DNA of 64,000 bases from Candidatus Sumerlaeota bacterium (GCA_021772755.1 JAJFLJ010000083.1:1416-65415), one strand, 5' to 3'. Shown: positions 41,297 to 51,606, counted from the first letter of the stretch. The notes: a model not told the origin generated them from the sequence alone. Numbers and translations: made by a program.

Positions 41297-42078
41297 CACG
41301 GCCCGTCCTCGAATTCGAGAACGTCGCGTTTTCCTACGGGCCGACGCCCGTGCTGCGGGACGTCGATCTTTCGGTGTGCGAGGGAGACTACCTCGCCATC
41401 GTCGGCCCCAACGGCGGCGGCAAGTCGACGCTGCTGAAGCTCGCGCTGGGCATCGCCCGCCCCGACAGCGGCACGGTGCGCGTGTTCGGCCAGCCGCCCC
41501 GCGGCGTCGTTCCCCGCGTGGGATACGTGCCGCAGCATCTCAGTTTCGACGCGCGCTATCCCATCACCGTGGACCACGTGGTGATGATGGGAATGCTGGA
41601 CCGGTTGCGCGCCGGCCCCTTCGGCCGCGCGGCGCGGATACGCGCCCGCGAGATGCTGGAGCGGGTCGGACTCGGCCACGCGGCGGGACGGCTCTTTCGC
41701 GAGCTGTCCGGCGGGGAGCGCCAGCGCGTTCTGCTGGCCCGTGCGCTGGTCTGCGATCCCGCGATGCTGCTGCTGGACGAACCGACGGCCAACATGGACC
41801 GCGAGCACGAGTCGCGCATGTACGCGATGCTGGGCGACCTCTGCGCGGGCATGACCATCTGCGTCGTGTCGCACAACGTGAACATCGTGACGCGCCACGC
41901 GTCCAAGCTCGCGTGCGTGAACCGGTCGTGTTCGCTTCATCCGCTCGAAGGCGTCGGCGACGGCCACATCCACGAGATCGTCGGCAGCGCGTTTCTGCGC
42001 ATTCACCACGACAGCGAGTGCGACGTCTTCGAACCCCACGCGCACGGTCACGCGCACACGCACGGCGGCGGCGAATGA
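41293..42078 (+). CDS. znuC: Zinc ABC transporter ATP-binding protein
   Basis: Walker A GPNGGGKST, LSGGERQR signature, Walker B LLLDEP. His-rich C-terminal tail HAHGHAHTHGGGE. ATGA overlap with znuA. Confidence 0.9.
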   Translation: MTRPVLEFENVAFSYGPTPVLRDVDLSVCEGDYLAIVGPNGGGKSTLLKLALGIARPDSGTVRVFGQPPRGVVPRVGYVPQHLSFDARYPITVDHVVMMGMLDRLRAGPFGRAARIRAREMLERVGLGHAAGRLFRELSGGERQRVLLARALVCDPAMLLLDEPTANMDREHESRMYAMLGDLCAGMTICVVSHNVNIVTRHASKLACVNRSCSLHPLEGVGDGHIHEIVGSAFLRIHHDSECDVFEPHAHGHAHTHGGGE

Positions 42079-42923
42079 CCGACTTCCTCCGCGCCCTGGG
42101 CGAGCACGCGTTCCTGCAGTACGCCGTGCTGGCGGCGCTCCTGGCGTCGCTGGCGTGCGGCGTCGTGGGCAGCTTCGTCGTCGTCCGCCGCATGACGTAC
42201 GTCGCCGGAGCCATCGCGCACTCGGTCCTGGGAGGCCTCGGCGCGACGGTCTGGCTGAATCGCGTTCACGGCATCGATTTCATCTCGCCGCTGGCGGGAG
42301 CGGCGGTCGGGGCCGTCGCCGCCGCCCTGGTCGCCGCGTGGCTGACGTATCGCGGGCGCGAGCGCGAGGACACCGTCCTGAGCGCCGTGTGGGCGGTCGG
42401 CATGGCGCTGGGGCTGGCGTTCATCGCCGCGTCGCCGGGATACCAGACCGACCTGATGAGCTATCTGTTCGGCAACATTCTGCTGGTGGGAAAGACGGAC
42501 CTCCTGGTCATCGCCGTTCTCGACGTGGCGGTCATCGCGCTGACGGTTCTCTTCCAGGAGAAGCTGCTGGCGATCGGTTTCGACGAGGAGTTCGCGCGTC
42601 TTCGCGGCGTGCGCGTGGAGGTCTACCGGCTGATGCTGCTGGTCATGACGGCGCTGACCGTCGTGATGCTGGTGCGTGTCGTGGGCATCGTGCTGGCGAT
42701 CGCGCTGCTGACGCTGCCGTCGGCGACGGCGCTGCATCTGTTCAAGCGCTTCAACGCGGCGATGATCGCGGCGGTCGCGATCTGCATGGCGACGACGGTC
42801 GGAGGGCTGGCTCTCAGCTACGGGCCGGACTGGCCGGCGGGGGCGACGATCGTGCTGCTCGCCGCCGGAGTCTACATCGCCGTGCGCACGGGAGCGGCCG
42901 TCGTCGCGCGGGCGCGGGCCTGA
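42075..42923 (+). CDS. znuB: Zinc ABC transporter permease
   Basis: ATGA overlap with znuC. About 8 TM helices with the family pattern (YLFGNILLVGKTDL...). Confidence 0.85.
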   Translation: MTDFLRALGEHAFLQYAVLAALLASLACGVVGSFVVVRRMTYVAGAIAHSVLGGLGATVWLNRVHGIDFISPLAGAAVGAVAAALVAAWLTYRGREREDTVLSAVWAVGMALGLAFIAASPGYQTDLMSYLFGNILLVGKTDLLVIAVLDVAVIALTVLFQEKLLAIGFDEEFARLRGVRVEVYRLMLLVMTALTVVMLVRVVGIVLAIALLTLPSATALHLFKRFNAAMIAAVAICMATTVGGLALSYGPDWPAGATIVLLAAGVYIAVRTGAAVVARARA

Positions 42924-42930
42924 GAGCGGG

Positions 42931-43302
42931 CTACTTCGCCTCCACGGCGTGGGCCTTCAGGTCCTTGAGCGACACGAACTCCAGCGCCGCCGCGTGCGTC
43001 GCCTCCAGCACCACCTGCGGCGCGACGCCGGCTTCGAGAGCCTCCACCCATCGCGACATGCAAAGGCACCAGCGGTCGCCGGGCACGAGACCGGGAAAGG
43101 CGAACTGCGGCATCGGCGTGCTCAGATCGTTTCCCCGCGACCGCGAAAACGCCAGGAAGTCCGCCGTCGCGACGATGCACACGATGTGCACGCCCATGTC
43201 ATCGCTTCCGGTGTCGCAGCATCCGTTGCGGTAGAACCCCGTCATGGGGTCCTGCGAACAGGACTTCAGATCCGTTCCAAGCACGTTCTTCGGGCGTCCC
43301 AT
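42931..43302 (-). CDS. DUF2237-family small protein (123 aa)
   Basis: MGRPKNVLGTDLKSCSQDPMTGFYRNGCCDTG...HIVCIVATADFLAF... matches the conserved-Cys DUF2237 pattern. Confidence 0.55.
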   Translation of the reverse strand: MGRPKNVLGTDLKSCSQDPMTGFYRNGCCDTGSDDMGVHIVCIVATADFLAFSRSRGNDLSTPMPQFAFPGLVPGDRWCLCMSRWVEALEAGVAPQVVLEATHAAALEFVSLKDLKAHAVEAK

Positions 43303-43418
43303 CGTCGACCTCTTCTCTCGAGCCTTCGCAAGACCGTAGTGCGAATCGCGTTCCGCGGCAATCCGAAACCGAAGGCCCGGCCAGGCTGATGCCGGAATCT
43401 GGTCGGCCTGTGTTCGCC

Positions 43419-43447
43419 GGCTGGCTGTCGGCTGGCTGTCGGCTGTC
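43419..43447. repeat. Short tandem repeat (ggctggctgtc x2 + ggctgtc)
   Basis: Direct 11-bp unit repeated about 2.6 times in an intergenic region. Confidence 0.3.
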
Positions 43448-43500
43448 GGGGGTTTCCGAAGGCGCGGCGCGCGCCTTGTTCCTTCAAGCGCAGCGCGCTT

Positions 43501-43670
43501 GGAGATGGTAGCCTTTGGTTGCCGCAGGCAACCAAAGGAACCCGAACACCACGGAACGAACCGCAGGGCGGTTCGACGATCTTCCCGACCCGGCCTGTCG
43601 AACCGCTCTGCGGTTCGGATCGTTGCCTGCACAACCTGCGGTAGCCGCTTGCGCGGCAACCGCAGGCTAT
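43501..43670. repeat. Cluster of four GC-rich hairpins (REP-like or structured RNA)
   Basis: cctttggttgc-CGCAG-gcaaccaaagg (11-bp stem); cgaaccgc-agg-gcggttcg; cgaaccgc-tct-gcggttcg; cctgcggt...accgcagg. The first unit, with flanks, recurs at 62277-62318. Confidence 0.45.
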
Positions 43671-43847
43671 CGACTCCAGGCGCGCTGCGCCTGTCTTGCG
43701 GACGAACGTCCGCGTGCATGGGAAGAGCGCCTGCGGCGTGCTCCCGACGCGGGAGCCGGGCCCCGCACACGACCGCTCGCAGCCGTCACGCGCGCCGACA
43801 CCGAAGGATGGCTCCGGGCAGGCGACTGAGGTACGCCAGAAGACGCG

Positions 43848-44309
43848 CTAGCCCTCCGAGCGCCACTGGCGGAACGTCCTGCGAAGTAGGTCCGCGCATT
43901 CCTCCGCGCGAACGCCCTCCACGACTTCCATCCGGTGGTTGAACCGCGGATGGCGAACGAGGTCCAGGTCACCGCTGCACGCCCCCCAGCGGGGATTTCG
44001 CGCGCCGAACACGAGCCGCGCGATGCGCGCGTGGACCAGGGCGCCCGCGCACATGGGGCAGGGCTCCAGCGTTACGTAGAGATCGGCCCCGTCCAGGCGC
44101 CAGTCGCCGGTCCGGTGCGCCGCCTGGCGCAGGGCGAGAATCTCGGCGTGCGCAGTGGGGTCCTTGAAGAGTTCCTTCCCGTCGTGGGCGCTTCCCAGAA
44201 CTTCGCCCTCCCGCACGATCAAGCAGCCGATGGGAACTTCGCCGCGTTCGGCGGCGAGCCGCGCCTGCCCGAGCGCCCGATCCATCCAATAGCCATCGTC
44301 CGGCGTCAT
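43848..44309 (-). CDS. tadA: tRNA-specific adenosine deaminase
   Basis: HAEILAL...LYVTLEPCPMCAGAL zinc-binding deaminase motifs. 153 aa. Confidence 0.9.
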   Translation of the reverse strand: MTPDDGYWMDRALGQARLAAERGEVPIGCLIVREGEVLGSAHDGKELFKDPTAHAEILALRQAAHRTGDWRLDGADLYVTLEPCPMCAGALVHARIARLVFGARNPRWGACSGDLDLVRHPRFNHRMEVVEGVRAEECADLLRRTFRQWRSEG

Positions 44310-45184
44310 GACCCGCCGCGCCGGTTCACCAGGTCGGCAAGAAGCCCGACGGCAATCAGCTGAATACCGCCCATCAGCAGGACGACCGTCGTCGCCACGC
44401 CGAAGGGATTCTCGATGAATGCGCGGGCGACCAGCAAAACCACTCCCAGGCCCATCAGCGCCAGCCCCGCCGGACCGAAGATCTTCAGCGGACTGTAGGC
44501 CATGCTCATGCGGGCGATCAGCAAGAGGAACCCGGCCATGTCGCGCACGGGCCGGATTTTCGACCGACCGACGCGCTCGCGATAGCGGATCGGCAGAAAG
44601 ACCACCGTCTCGCCATCGCCGATCAGGTTCATCGTCATGGTGGTGGTGAAGGAAAAGCCGTCCGGCAGCATGCGCCAGTGACGGCGGGCGTGTTCGCGGC
44701 GAAAGACCCGCAGGCCGCTGTTGAGATCGGGGATCCGTTCGCCGGCCAGCCACGACGCCAGCGCGTTGAGGAACCATTTCGCCGGCCGCCGGATGGCCGG
44801 CTGGTGACGCAGGCTTCGTGCGCCCACCGCCATCGCGGCACCGGCGTCGATGCGGTCCAGCAGCTTCGGGAGAGCCTCCAGCGGATAGGTCCCGTCGGCG
44901 TCGGCGATGGCGATCAAGTCGTTCCCGGCGGCGGAAATACCGGTCTTCAGGGCGGCGCCATAGCCCCGGTTCCGGGGGTGCTCCAGAAGCCGGATGCCGG
45001 GGGCGGCGGCCTCGTTCGCCTGGCGGGCCAGCAAATCGCCGGAGCCGTCCGTCGAGCCGTCGTTCACCAGCAGGGCCTCGCTGCCTTCCGGCAACCGCGC
45101 GAGGAGTTTCGCCAGGCGTCGGACGAGGGAGTCCACTCCGCGCGCTTCGTTGTAGACCGGGATTACGATGCTGACAGCGTCCAT
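44306..45184 (-). CDS. GT2-family glycosyltransferase (polyprenyl-phosphate sugar synthase, DPM1/GtrB-like) with a C-terminal TM region
   Basis: VSIVIPVYNE...LLVNDGSTDGS...IAIADADGTY...GLRVF motifs, plus two C-terminal TM helices. Its stop overlaps the tadA start (ATGA). Confidence 0.85.
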   Translation of the reverse strand: MDAVSIVIPVYNEARGVDSLVRRLAKLLARLPEGSEALLVNDGSTDGSGDLLARQANEAAAPGIRLLEHPRNRGYGAALKTGISAAGNDLIAIADADGTYPLEALPKLLDRIDAGAAMAVGARSLRHQPAIRRPAKWFLNALASWLAGERIPDLNSGLRVFRREHARRHWRMLPDGFSFTTTMTMNLIGDGETVVFLPIRYRERVGRSKIRPVRDMAGFLLLIARMSMAYSPLKIFGPAGLALMGLGVVLLVARAFIENPFGVATTVVLLMGGIQLIAVGLLADLVNRRGGS

Positions 45185-45315
45185 GCGGTTCTTGTCGGCG
45201 TCCGGCGAAGGCGAAGGCCACCAAAATCCGCGCCGCGCACGACCGCCGGAAACCGCTTGCAGACCCGGAAGAGGCCGCTCTTGCTCTCCGAAGCCCGAAT
45301 CGCGGGGATCGTCAG

Positions 45316-46239
45316 GTGTCCAAAAAGAAGAATCCGCTGGTCGAAAAGATCGAGGAGAAGATCGCGCTCGCCAACACCCGGCGGGAATTCGACGAGTGCG
45401 TGAAGCGGCAGGAGGACGTCTCCCACATCCGCACGGTGTGCATGGTCCTCGGGCCCTACCGCAACCTGACGACGCTGACCGCGGCCATCATGTTCTTCCA
45501 CCCCAACGTCCAGGTGCTGAACCACGCGGCCGTCCGCATTCTTCCCATCAAGGGCGCCAATTTCTTCGAGGGCTATACGGACCGCAAGTTCGACGACTTC
45601 GTCCGCTTCGCCCTCCACCTCTCGGAGGGCGGCGAGCGCGGCCGCCAGGGCGGTTCCATCCTGCACGCCCACGCCTTCGCCAACGACGACGCCATGCGCA
45701 AGGCGTACGAGGACCGCTTCGGCACGGCAGGCGCCAAGGACGACCCGCGCTGCCTCTTCTGGAAGGAGTCCATGCGGGTCTCCAACATCCTGCACGATTC
45801 CGCGAAGCTTTCCGGGCTGATCGGCGAAAACTCCCGGCTTCGCTTCATCATGCCGGTCCGCAACCCCATCGACTGCGCGATCTCAAACATTCGCGTGAAG
45901 CACGTCCAGTACTTCGAGGGGCTGGAGGACAGGTCCCTGGAGACGGTGATCGACTTCATCCTGAAGGAACTCGCCTGGTTCCTCGACCGCGAGCGCGAGC
46001 ACCCCGGCCGCTTCTTCCACTTCACGCAGAACGAGATGTCGCGCGAGACGCTCTCTCGCCTGGCCGCGTTCCTCGACCTGCCCGCGGACGAACGCTGGAT
46101 CGACGACACCCTGGCACAGTGGAACCTGAAGGCGAGCTACGATGTGGAGCCCGCCGTCAGGAAGCACTACGAATCCAGCGTCCGGTCGATTCTCGCCGAC
46201 CACCCCGAAACGATGCGGCGTCTGCTGGAAATGGTCTGA
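45316..46239 (+). CDS. Hypothetical protein; possible sulfotransferase-like fold
   Basis: GTG start. A weak PAPS-loop-like segment (VCMVLGPYRNLTTLTAAIMF) only. Very low confidence in the function. Confidence 0.35.
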   Translation: MSKKKNPLVEKIEEKIALANTRREFDECVKRQEDVSHIRTVCMVLGPYRNLTTLTAAIMFFHPNVQVLNHAAVRILPIKGANFFEGYTDRKFDDFVRFALHLSEGGERGRQGGSILHAHAFANDDAMRKAYEDRFGTAGAKDDPRCLFWKESMRVSNILHDSAKLSGLIGENSRLRFIMPVRNPIDCAISNIRVKHVQYFEGLEDRSLETVIDFILKELAWFLDREREHPGRFFHFTQNEMSRETLSRLAAFLDLPADERWIDDTLAQWNLKASYDVEPAVRKHYESSVRSILADHPETMRRLLEMV

Positions 46240-46257
46240 CAAGGCGGACTTCCCTTC

Positions 46258-47388
46258 ATGTTCAAGCACGTTCTCGTCACCGGCGGCGCCGGATTCATCG
46301 GTTCCCACACCGTCGACCGGCTTCTGGAAAGAGGCTGCCGCGTTCGCGTCTTCGACAACCTGGACCCCCAGGTCCACGGCGGGACGGACTCGCCGCCGGA
46401 GTATCTTTCGAAGGACGCCGAGTTCGTCCGCGGCGACATGCGCGACCGCGACGCGCTGGAGAGGGCGCTGGACGGAATCGACGCCGTCGTCCACGACGCC
46501 GCGATGGTGGGCGTCGGCCAGTCCCAGTACCGCATCGATCCCTACATCGACGTCAACGTGCGCGGCACCGCCGTTCTTCTCGACCTGATCGCCAACGGAA
46601 AGACGAAGGTCGATCGCCTTCTCGTCGCCAGCTCCATGAGCATCTACGGCGAGGGGCTCTACGCGCGCGCCAGCGACGGCGCGCGGGTGACGCCGCAGCT
46701 TCGGCCCGACAGCCAGCTCGACGCCGGCGACTTCGAAATGCGCGATCCCGAGACCGGCGAAGCGCTCGACCCGCTCCCCACCCCCGAGTCGAAACCGCTC
46801 TTCTGCAACTCGGTCTACGCCCAGACGAAGAAGGACCAGGAGGAATACTGCCTGATCGTCGGGCGCGCCCACGACCTGCCGACCGTCGCGTGCCGGTTCT
46901 TCAACGTCTACGGACCGCGCCAGAGTCTCAGCAACCCGTACACCGGCGTCGCGGCGATCTTCTCCGCACGCATCAAGAACGGGAACCCGCCGCTGGTCTA
47001 CGAGGACGGCGAGCAGATGCGCGACTTCACCTCCGTCCACGACCTGGTGCGCGCCAAGCTGCTGCTGCTGGAGGACGAGCGCGCCAAAAACGACGTCTAC
47101 AACATCGGCGCGGAACGGCCGGCGAGCATTCTGGAGATCGCGCGCCATCTCGCCGCGCTCTACGGCCGCCCCGAGCTCGAACCGCGCGTCGTCCGCAAGT
47201 TCCGATCGGGCGACATCCGCCACTGTTTCGCGGACACGGCGAAGCTCAAGGCATTGGGATTCCAGCCGCAGGTCGCCCTGGAGGACGGGCTTCGCGAACT
47301 CGTCGAGTGGGGCGAGTCGCAGGAAGCCGTCGACGCCACCGACAAGGCGCACGCGGAACTCGTCCGCCACGGACTCGTCCGGGAATGA
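46258..47388 (+). CDS. NAD-dependent epimerase/dehydratase (extended SDR; UDP-sugar epimerase-like)
   Basis: VTGGAGFIGSH Rossmann motif, catalytic YAQTK, and an insertion in the substrate domain. Confidence 0.85.
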   Translation: MFKHVLVTGGAGFIGSHTVDRLLERGCRVRVFDNLDPQVHGGTDSPPEYLSKDAEFVRGDMRDRDALERALDGIDAVVHDAAMVGVGQSQYRIDPYIDVNVRGTAVLLDLIANGKTKVDRLLVASSMSIYGEGLYARASDGARVTPQLRPDSQLDAGDFEMRDPETGEALDPLPTPESKPLFCNSVYAQTKKDQEEYCLIVGRAHDLPTVACRFFNVYGPRQSLSNPYTGVAAIFSARIKNGNPPLVYEDGEQMRDFTSVHDLVRAKLLLLEDERAKNDVYNIGAERPASILEIARHLAALYGRPELEPRVVRKFRSGDIRHCFADTAKLKALGFQPQVALEDGLRELVEWGESQEAVDATDKAHAELVRHGLVRE

Positions 47389-48365
47389 GCCCCGCCGGCG
47401 CATCGGCCCCATTCGACGGCCTGGTCAGCGTCATCGTGCCCGTTCACGACGAGGCCGGCAACGTCGCGAAGCTCGTCGGCAGGCTCGAGACCGTGCTCGC
47501 CGGGTGCTGCGCGAAGCGCGAGATCGTTCTCGTCGACGACGGCAGCACGGACGGATCGACCGACATTCTGCGCGACCTGGCCCGGCGCCTTCCCTCGGTG
47601 CGGTGCGTGATCCTGCGCGGCAACTTCGGCAAGTCGGCGGCCCTCGCCGCGGGCTTTCGCGAGTCCCGCGGCGAAGTCGTCGTCACGATGGACGCCGACT
47701 TGCAGGACGATCCGCGCGAGATTCCGCGCTTTCTGGCCATGATCGGGGAGGGGTACGACCTAGTTTCCGGATGGAAGCACGTCCGCAACGACCCGATCTC
47801 CAAGCGCGTTCCCTCGCGCGTGTTCAATCTCGTCACCCGCACGCTGCTCGGCACGAAGCTCCACGACATGAATTGCGGCTTCAAGTGCTACCGCCGCGAG
47901 GTCATCGACACCATCGACGTCTACGGCGAACTGCACCGCTACATTCCCGCCTTCGCCCACGCGCACCGGTTCCGCATCGGCGAGCTCCGCGTGCGCCACC
48001 ACGCGCGCACCTGGGGAAGGTCGAAGTACGGCGGCGAGCGCTATCTGCGCGGCCTGTTCGATCTGCTGACGGTTCTGATCCTGACGCGTTTCTCCTTCAG
48101 CCCGCTCTACTTCTTCGGCGTCGTCGGGCTCGCCGGATTCGTTCCGGGCTTTCTGATCCTGCTCTACCTGACGGTTCTCTGGTTCCTCGGCGAGCCCATC
48201 GGACACCGCCCGCTGCTGTCGCTCGGCATTCTGCTCTGCCTGACGGGCGTACAGGTCGTCTCGGTCGGCCTGATCGCCGAGATGATCTCGAACCTCCGTC
48301 TTCGCCCCTCGGCGCGGAATCCCGTGCGCGAGGTCGTCGGCGGCGAGGCCGGTGCGGATTCATGA
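47385..48365 (+). CDS. GT2-family polyprenyl-phosphate glycosyltransferase (GtrB/ArnC/DPM1-like)
   Basis: ATGA overlap with the epimerase gene. [10 protein letters not shown]...[11 protein letters not shown]...[12 protein letters not shown]... and two C-terminal TM helices. Confidence 0.85.
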   Translation: MSPAGASAPFDGLVSVIVPVHDEAGNVAKLVGRLETVLAGCCAKREIVLVDDGSTDGSTDILRDLARRLPSVRCVILRGNFGKSAALAAGFRESRGEVVVTMDADLQDDPREIPRFLAMIGEGYDLVSGWKHVRNDPISKRVPSRVFNLVTRTLLGTKLHDMNCGFKCYRREVIDTIDVYGELHRYIPAFAHAHRFRIGELRVRHHARTWGRSKYGGERYLRGLFDLLTVLILTRFSFSPLYFFGVVGLAGFVPGFLILLYLTVLWFLGEPIGHRPLLSLGILLCLTGVQVVSVGLIAEMISNLRLRPSARNPVREVVGGEAGADS

Positions 48366-48982
48366 GCGATACCGGCGCCGGCGAACCGCGCCTCGAAACG
48401 ACCAACCTCGAGAAGTACCGCACCCGCAACCCGCTCGTCCGGCGCATGTTCGACGGGTTCTTCGCCCAGGTGGCGGAATGCGTTCGCGCGACCGGCGCGC
48501 GAACGATGCTCGATGCCGGCTGCGGCGAGGGCGAGACCCTCGAACGCCTCGCCGACCTGCTGCCCCCCGACGTTCTCGGCATCGACATCAATCCGCAGTG
48601 CGTCGAATTCTGCCGCCGGCGCATTCCCTCGCGCCGCTTCGAAACCGGAAGCGTTGTCGACATCGACGCGGAAGACGGCCGCTTCGACCTCGTCACCTGT
48701 CTCGAAGTCCTCGAACATCTCGACCGCCCCGACGATGCTCTCGCGGAACTCGCCCGCGTGTCGCGCCGCGACATCGTCGTCTCCGTTCCCCACGAACCCT
48801 GGTTCCGCCTGGGAAGTCTCGCGCGCGGAAAGTACGTTTCCACGTTCGGAAACCATCCGGAACACGTCCAGCACTGGAATCCCCGCAGCTTCGGCGCGTT
48901 TCTGCGGCGGCGCGTGGACATCGTTTCGCTGTCGACGGCGTTTCCCTGGATCGTCGCGCACTGTCGAAAGCGAATCCCGTGA
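48362..48982 (+). CDS. Class I SAM-dependent methyltransferase
   Basis: ATGA overlap. Motif [11 protein letters not shown], acidic motif II, and LEVLEHL. Confidence 0.8.
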   Translation: MSDTGAGEPRLETTNLEKYRTRNPLVRRMFDGFFAQVAECVRATGARTMLDAGCGEGETLERLADLLPPDVLGIDINPQCVEFCRRRIPSRRFETGSVVDIDAEDGRFDLVTCLEVLEHLDRPDDALAELARVSRRDIVVSVPHEPWFRLGSLARGKYVSTFGNHPEHVQHWNPRSFGAFLRRRVDIVSLSTAFPWIVAHCRKRIP

Positions 48983-49389
48983 TCCGTCATCGCATGGCAT
49001 TGGTGCGCTACGGTGCGGCATCCGCCCTCAGCCTCGCGTCCATCTACGCCGGGTCGGCGGGTCTGCACGAGATCGCGGGGTGGAGCGAAGAGGCCGCGTA
49101 CGGCACGACGCTCGTCGCGGTGTTCTTCGTCAACTTCCTGGTGCTGCGCCACTGGGTGTACGGCGACACGAAGTCCGGCGGAAAGGCCGCGCGCCAGCTC
49201 GTCCACACGGCTGCGGCGTCGGCGGGGTTTCGCGGCGTCGAGTACGCGCTGTTCCTGCTGCTGCACGCGGCGCTGGGACTGAACTACCTGGTTGCCATCG
49301 GAGTCGTCGCCGTGCTGCTCTTCTTCGGCAAGTTCGTCTACTACAGGAAGATGGTCTTCGCCGCCGACGAATCCGAGACGCCCGCATAG
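48979..49389 (+). CDS. GtrA-family small membrane protein (polyprenyl-linked sugar flippase-like)
   Basis: GTGA overlap with the methyltransferase gene (alternative ATG at 48994). Four TM helices, ~130 aa, [15 protein letters not shown]...[12 protein letters not shown] are typical of GtrA. Confidence 0.7.
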   Translation: MIRHRMALVRYGAASALSLASIYAGSAGLHEIAGWSEEAAYGTTLVAVFFVNFLVLRHWVYGDTKSGGKAARQLVHTAAASAGFRGVEYALFLLLHAALGLNYLVAIGVVAVLLFFGKFVYYRKMVFAADESETPA

Positions 49390-49432
49390 ATCGCGCGCGA
49401 ATCGCCGCACGAACCCCACGGACAAGACGAGC

Positions 49433-50506
49433 ATGGCCAGAATCTTCTTCAGCATGTCGGGCGAGGGGCGCGGCCACGCGACCAGGGCGCGCTCCCTCGT
49501 CGAGCAGCTGCTGCGCGACGGCCACGAAATCCGCCTCTTCTGTCCCGGCGACGCGTACGACCTGCTGGCTCCCGTCTACGCCGACGGCCCGGTCCGCGTC
49601 GACCGCATCCCGGGCCTCGTCTTCCACTACAGCGCAAGCAAGCGGCTCGACACGGTTCGCACGGTGATCGGCGCGGCGAAGTACATCCTCGGAATGCCGG
49701 CCCTGATGCGGCGCCTCGGCGGCGTCTTTCGCTCCCGCCGCCCCGACCTGGTCGTCACCGACTTCGAACCGTCGCTGCCGCGTACCGCAAAGCGCCACGG
49801 CGTTCCCTTCATCAGCGTCAACCACCAGCACTTTCTCCTCGCCAACGACCTCTCCTCGCTCCCCTGGCGGCTGCGGCTCCACGCGTGGATCATGAGTCTC
49901 GTCGTCCGCCGCTACTACAGCGGCCAGGCCGCGACGGTGATCTCGCAGTTCTACTTTCCGCCGGTGAAGCCGCGATGGAAGGCGCGCACCACGCAGGCCG
50001 GCGTGCTCATGCGTCCCGAGATTCTCGGCGCGACGCCCGCGACCGGCGACCACATCGTCGTCTACGTGCGCAAGTTCGCGTCGGCGAACCTGATGCGCGC
50101 TCTCGCCGGCTGCGGACGCGAGGTGCGCATCTATGGCCTCGGCAAGCGCGACGACAGCGACAATCTCCGGTTTCGCGAAATCGACGACAGCGGATTCCTG
50201 CGCGACCTTGCCTCGGCGCAGGCACTGGTCTGTACCGCAGGGAACCAGCTCGTCGGCGAGGCGCTCTTCCTCGGCAAACCCGTCTTCGCCATGCCCGAAC
50301 CCGGCAACCACGAGCAGTACATCAACGCCCACTACCTGGCGGAGAGCGGAGCCGGCGAATGGGCCGACCTGGAGTTCGTCACGCCGGCGCAACTGCGCAG
50401 GTTCCTCGACCGCCTGGACGATTACCGCGGCCGCATCGACACCGCCCGCATGAACGGCAACGACGCTGCGCTGAAAGTCATCCGTGACTTCCTGGCGAAG
50501 ACGTAG
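49433..50506 (+). CDS. GT-B fold glycosyltransferase (MurG/GT28/MGT-like)
   Basis: N-terminal [22 protein letters not shown] (GxGH acceptor-domain motif) and C-terminal nucleotide-sugar domain ([22 protein letters not shown]). Confidence 0.75.
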   Translation: MARIFFSMSGEGRGHATRARSLVEQLLRDGHEIRLFCPGDAYDLLAPVYADGPVRVDRIPGLVFHYSASKRLDTVRTVIGAAKYILGMPALMRRLGGVFRSRRPDLVVTDFEPSLPRTAKRHGVPFISVNHQHFLLANDLSSLPWRLRLHAWIMSLVVRRYYSGQAATVISQFYFPPVKPRWKARTTQAGVLMRPEILGATPATGDHIVVYVRKFASANLMRALAGCGREVRIYGLGKRDDSDNLRFREIDDSGFLRDLASAQALVCTAGNQLVGEALFLGKPVFAMPEPGNHEQYINAHYLAESGAGEWADLEFVTPAQLRRFLDRLDDYRGRIDTARMNGNDAALKVIRDFLAKT

Positions 50507-50558
50507 GCGCGGATCGGAAGAAGAGAGGAAGAGCAAGAGAACGGTACGCAGAGGCGCG

Positions 50559-50609
50559 CCGGAGCTCCCCCGAGAAGGATTCAACGCAAAGACGCGGAGA
50601 ATCGCAAAG
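50559..50609. repeat. 51-bp direct repeat core, left copy (ccggagctcccccgagaaggattcaacgcaaagacgcggagaatcgcaaag)
   Basis: Near-identical copy at 51781-51831. Preceded by gaacggtacgcagaggcgcg, the inverse of the ctctgcgtaccg motif found at 35196, 51768 and 51996. Confidence 0.6.
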
Positions 50610-50625
50610 GTTCGCAAAGAACAGC

Positions 50626-51606
50626 TTGGAGCGTCCCAGCAACTCTACAAAGGGCAAGCCCTCCAAACGGGTATGCGAATTCCTCTGGACACTACCCCAT
50701 CGAAGGTGCGCTCCACTCTTGGGTATGTCTCCCATACCGAGCGCGATCCGATCCCTGACCGCTGTTTTTGCCGGCAAGCATCACCCGTCAACGTGGAAGG
50801 TGGTCGGATTCGGTTGGAAGCCGTATGTCTTTGGGCCTCTGGTTTGCGGCCTGGCGATCCCGATCATACAACAAATCCCTGCGCTGCCGCCACTTCCTTC
50901 GATCTGGGCGTCTCCCCGATTCACGCCGAACTCCTTCTTGGACTGGAAAGTATTCGTCGTCATTGGTGTGGGGCTGATGACCCGAAGGCGACTCGAAGCG
51001 CTCCGCTCGTCGGAAGTGCGGGTCCTCCCGGTCTGCCGAGCACAGATCACATTGGCGATTCTTCTCCAGCTGTCCCTGGCGTTTCTCCTCGCCGGGTTCG
51101 TAGCCCTGGTTGCCGACTGCGTTTCGAAATCCAACGCGCTATGGGCTCGTGACATTCCGTGGTGGAGACTCCCTCAGCGGTCTATGGCCTGCGTTCTTCT
51201 GGAGTCGCATAAGGGAAGCATGTCCATCTTTCAGGTACTTGCTGTGGCGTGTATCGAGATCGTCACGCAGCTCTGCCTCTTGATGGGCACTATGGGACTT
51301 CTGATACTTGGCTACGTCCTTCTTCAGACAGCAAGGAACCATTCCCTGGGTCTGGTCTACGTATTCGCGGCTTGCTTCGTATCGCTGTATGGCTGGGCAC
51401 GATTCCCCCTCCTGTTCCATCGCTCCGCCCGTATTCTCTATGACTACACCGGGGTGAACCCGTATGGATACTGGTACTACGCGTCCACCGACCTGCTGGT
51501 TCGGATGATACTGGCCACCCTTCACTGCCTGGCGGCATGGTATGCATGTCGTCATATGCACAAATGGATCTGGGCGGACAGACTTGGCGCTGCGCCAGGA
51601 CGGTGA
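50626..51606 (+). CDS. Low-GC polytopic membrane protein (326 aa; start may be internal), horizontally acquired
   Basis: GC about 55% versus about 68% nearby. At least eight hydrophobic helices. Bracketed by the direct and inverted repeat set. Confidence 0.5.
   Translation: MERPSNSTKGKPSKRVCEFLWTLPHRRCAPLLGMSPIPSAIRSLTAVFAGKHHPSTWKVVGFGWKPYVFGPLVCGLAIPIIQQIPALPPLPSIWASPRFTPNSFLDWKVFVVIGVGLMTRRRLEALRSSEVRVLPVCRAQITLAILLQLSLAFLLAGFVALVADCVSKSNALWARDIPWWRLPQRSMACVLLESHKGSMSIFQVLAVACIEIVTQLCLLMGTMGLLILGYVLLQTARNHSLGLVYVFAACFVSLYGWARFPLLFHRSARILYDYTGVNPYGYWYYASTDLLVRMILATLHCLAAWYACRHMHKWIWADRLGAAPGR

Noticed and set aside
43419-43670. Possible CRISPR array (repeated short units)
   Set aside because: Units are not regularly spaced, have no unique spacers and vary in sequence; no cas genes are present. 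Interpreted as tandem repeat plus REP-like hairpins.
43499-43942. ORFs of 147 and 104 aa inside the tadA-DUF2237 intergenic region
   Set aside because: They coincide with the hairpin/repeat array and have Arg-rich shadow composition. The region is better explained as a non-coding structured element.
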